From Chiloscyllium plagiosum (lineage: Eukaryota), in the NCBI RefSeq assembly GCF_004010195.1, contig NC_057719.1, forward strand, positions 27,649,458-27,713,457: a stretch of 64,000 bases of DNA. Direction: 5' to 3'. The position numbers were made by a program, and so were the translations under genes. The notes below the pieces were generated by a model that was not told the DNA's origin, ran no database searches, and was given only the letters and a program-made list of their open reading frames with translations. Every line of letters begins with the position of its first letter. The first letter of the stretch is position 1. Shown here piece by piece: positions 62,638 through 64,000 of the stretch.

Positions 62638-64000
62638 TACAAAGCAATCAGACTGTCCAGCAGCCCTATCAGCCCAGGTTAGAGCAGTAGCCAACACTGC
62701 AATCCCCAGAGAGGTTGAGCTAACAGAGGCCAGACTTCAGGTAAGTCTGGCGTATTGATGGGACCAGGCTAATAGACACCAGGGAGGGAGCAGAATGTTT
62801 ATTCTGGGGTGGGGAAGCAGTGAGGCAGACAGAAAGAGTAACATGGGGGGAAAAGGTGGGGCTCTTCCAGGAGCATGGTGACACCCAGAAAGAGGATCTT
62901 CCCAACACCACCATCCCCCAAACTTGCCCAATAAAAACTGCCAGGCATACACAGCTACCATGTTTCCCCCCCACCCCTTACCATGGGTAAAATAGGGGCC
63001 AGGGCAGGAGCAGGCACTTTTGTGGTCATTAACTGGATAATAAAAGGCATTCCTCTGTAAAACGGGAGGAGAGATCAGGATGGGCAGGCAGGTAGTGTAC
63101 AGGCCACAGCTTTTTATAATCGAGCACAGTTCCCCCAACTAATCCCATCTTCAAATCCACTTCAGGGAAAGTAAAGTTCTACCAGTGGGAAAATTTCCCA
63201 CGTCAAATGGTCTGTTGCTTTATGCTCACTTTTTTAAAGCAGTTGGCCTCATTATATCTTTTTCCTATGATAAAAAATGATTAAACATTCACAATATTAT
63301 TAAGACATCCTGCAGAATGAAGCCTAGTTTATTCCAAAGTTGTGAGCTAGCTAGATAGTCACAATTGATGACAAACCAGTTAAAAGTATCACAATAATGT
63401 TCTGAACCTTTGGATAGACATTTAAAAAAGCCACTTTCTACCTAAATATATTTTGAATATATTCTGCATCCTGTAATGAGAAAGGTGTCAAAAGAAAATT
63501 AATATCAAGTAAATTTAAAATGTTTAGTTTGAAGAATACAAATTCCATACCTTCTGAAATAAATTGTGGGAAAACAATCTGTGGAGAGCTGAAGCTCATC
63601 TTGATAACTCTGCCTTTCTGTAGATGGTCCTATTCAGAAGGGATTTCAGGACAGCAACCATTCATTTCACAGATGCAAACAAAAGCCAAACTTCAAATCA
63701 GAGTTACACTGGAGGAGCAATGCTGCAGGTAAACAACGTTAAATTCACGGGAAGAAAAGCAGTAAATCCTTTCCACAGACCTCCAATGGTCACAATATTG
63801 TATTGTTTAATCTCGGCAGAAAATCAGTCTTTCACACAAAAAAACTGACACACTAAAGCTCTTAAATCAAATGAATTGTTTTATAATGCACAATGCAGAC
63901 TTACATCAATAGTGCCTACAATTTAGTGAAGTATTTCATTGGCTCCTTAGGGCAGCTTTGCAGTTCTGAAAGATGCTGTGGAGCAGCATTTCTTTTGAGT

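Larger units (their letters stand above)
61362..64000 (+). repeat. Near-identical direct duplication, 61362-61536 versus 63825-64000 (second copy runs off the window)
   Basis: About 175 bp with roughly 3 differences. Confidence 0.9.

Noticed and set aside
63551..63578. 28-nt minus-strand micro-exon (FPTIYF- or kinase-like words)
   Set aside because: Too short, and no neighbouring exons of such a gene were found
1..64000. CRISPR array, rRNA or prokaryotic operon
   Set aside because: No regularly spaced repeats, rRNA-like sequence or dense coding; the content is vertebrate retroelement DNA

Overview
Repeat-dense, apparently non-coding (intronic or intergenic) vertebrate DNA with four assembly gaps. 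The HE1/V-SINEs, Deu-domain SINE remnants and shark-type CR1 LINEs point to a cartilaginous fish, probably a shark (inference). I could not support any intact host protein-coding gene. The recognisable ORFs are decayed retroelement fragments: CR1, Tx1, L2, Rex1, Gypsy and Penelope-like GIY-YIG. There is also one Tigger-type MITE. The most notable signal is a dozen short Penelope-derived insertions from at least three families. Most carry minimal hammerhead-ribozyme cores (intact or decayed), several are fold-back palindromes, and they are flanked by 9-15 bp direct repeats; the smallest is only 65 bp. Also visible are several locally templated insertions, tiny inserts with very long flanking duplications, and a chimeric insert ending in a CR1 tail inside a Rex1 element. 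Family names come from motif recognition rather than database searches, and many boundaries are approximate.
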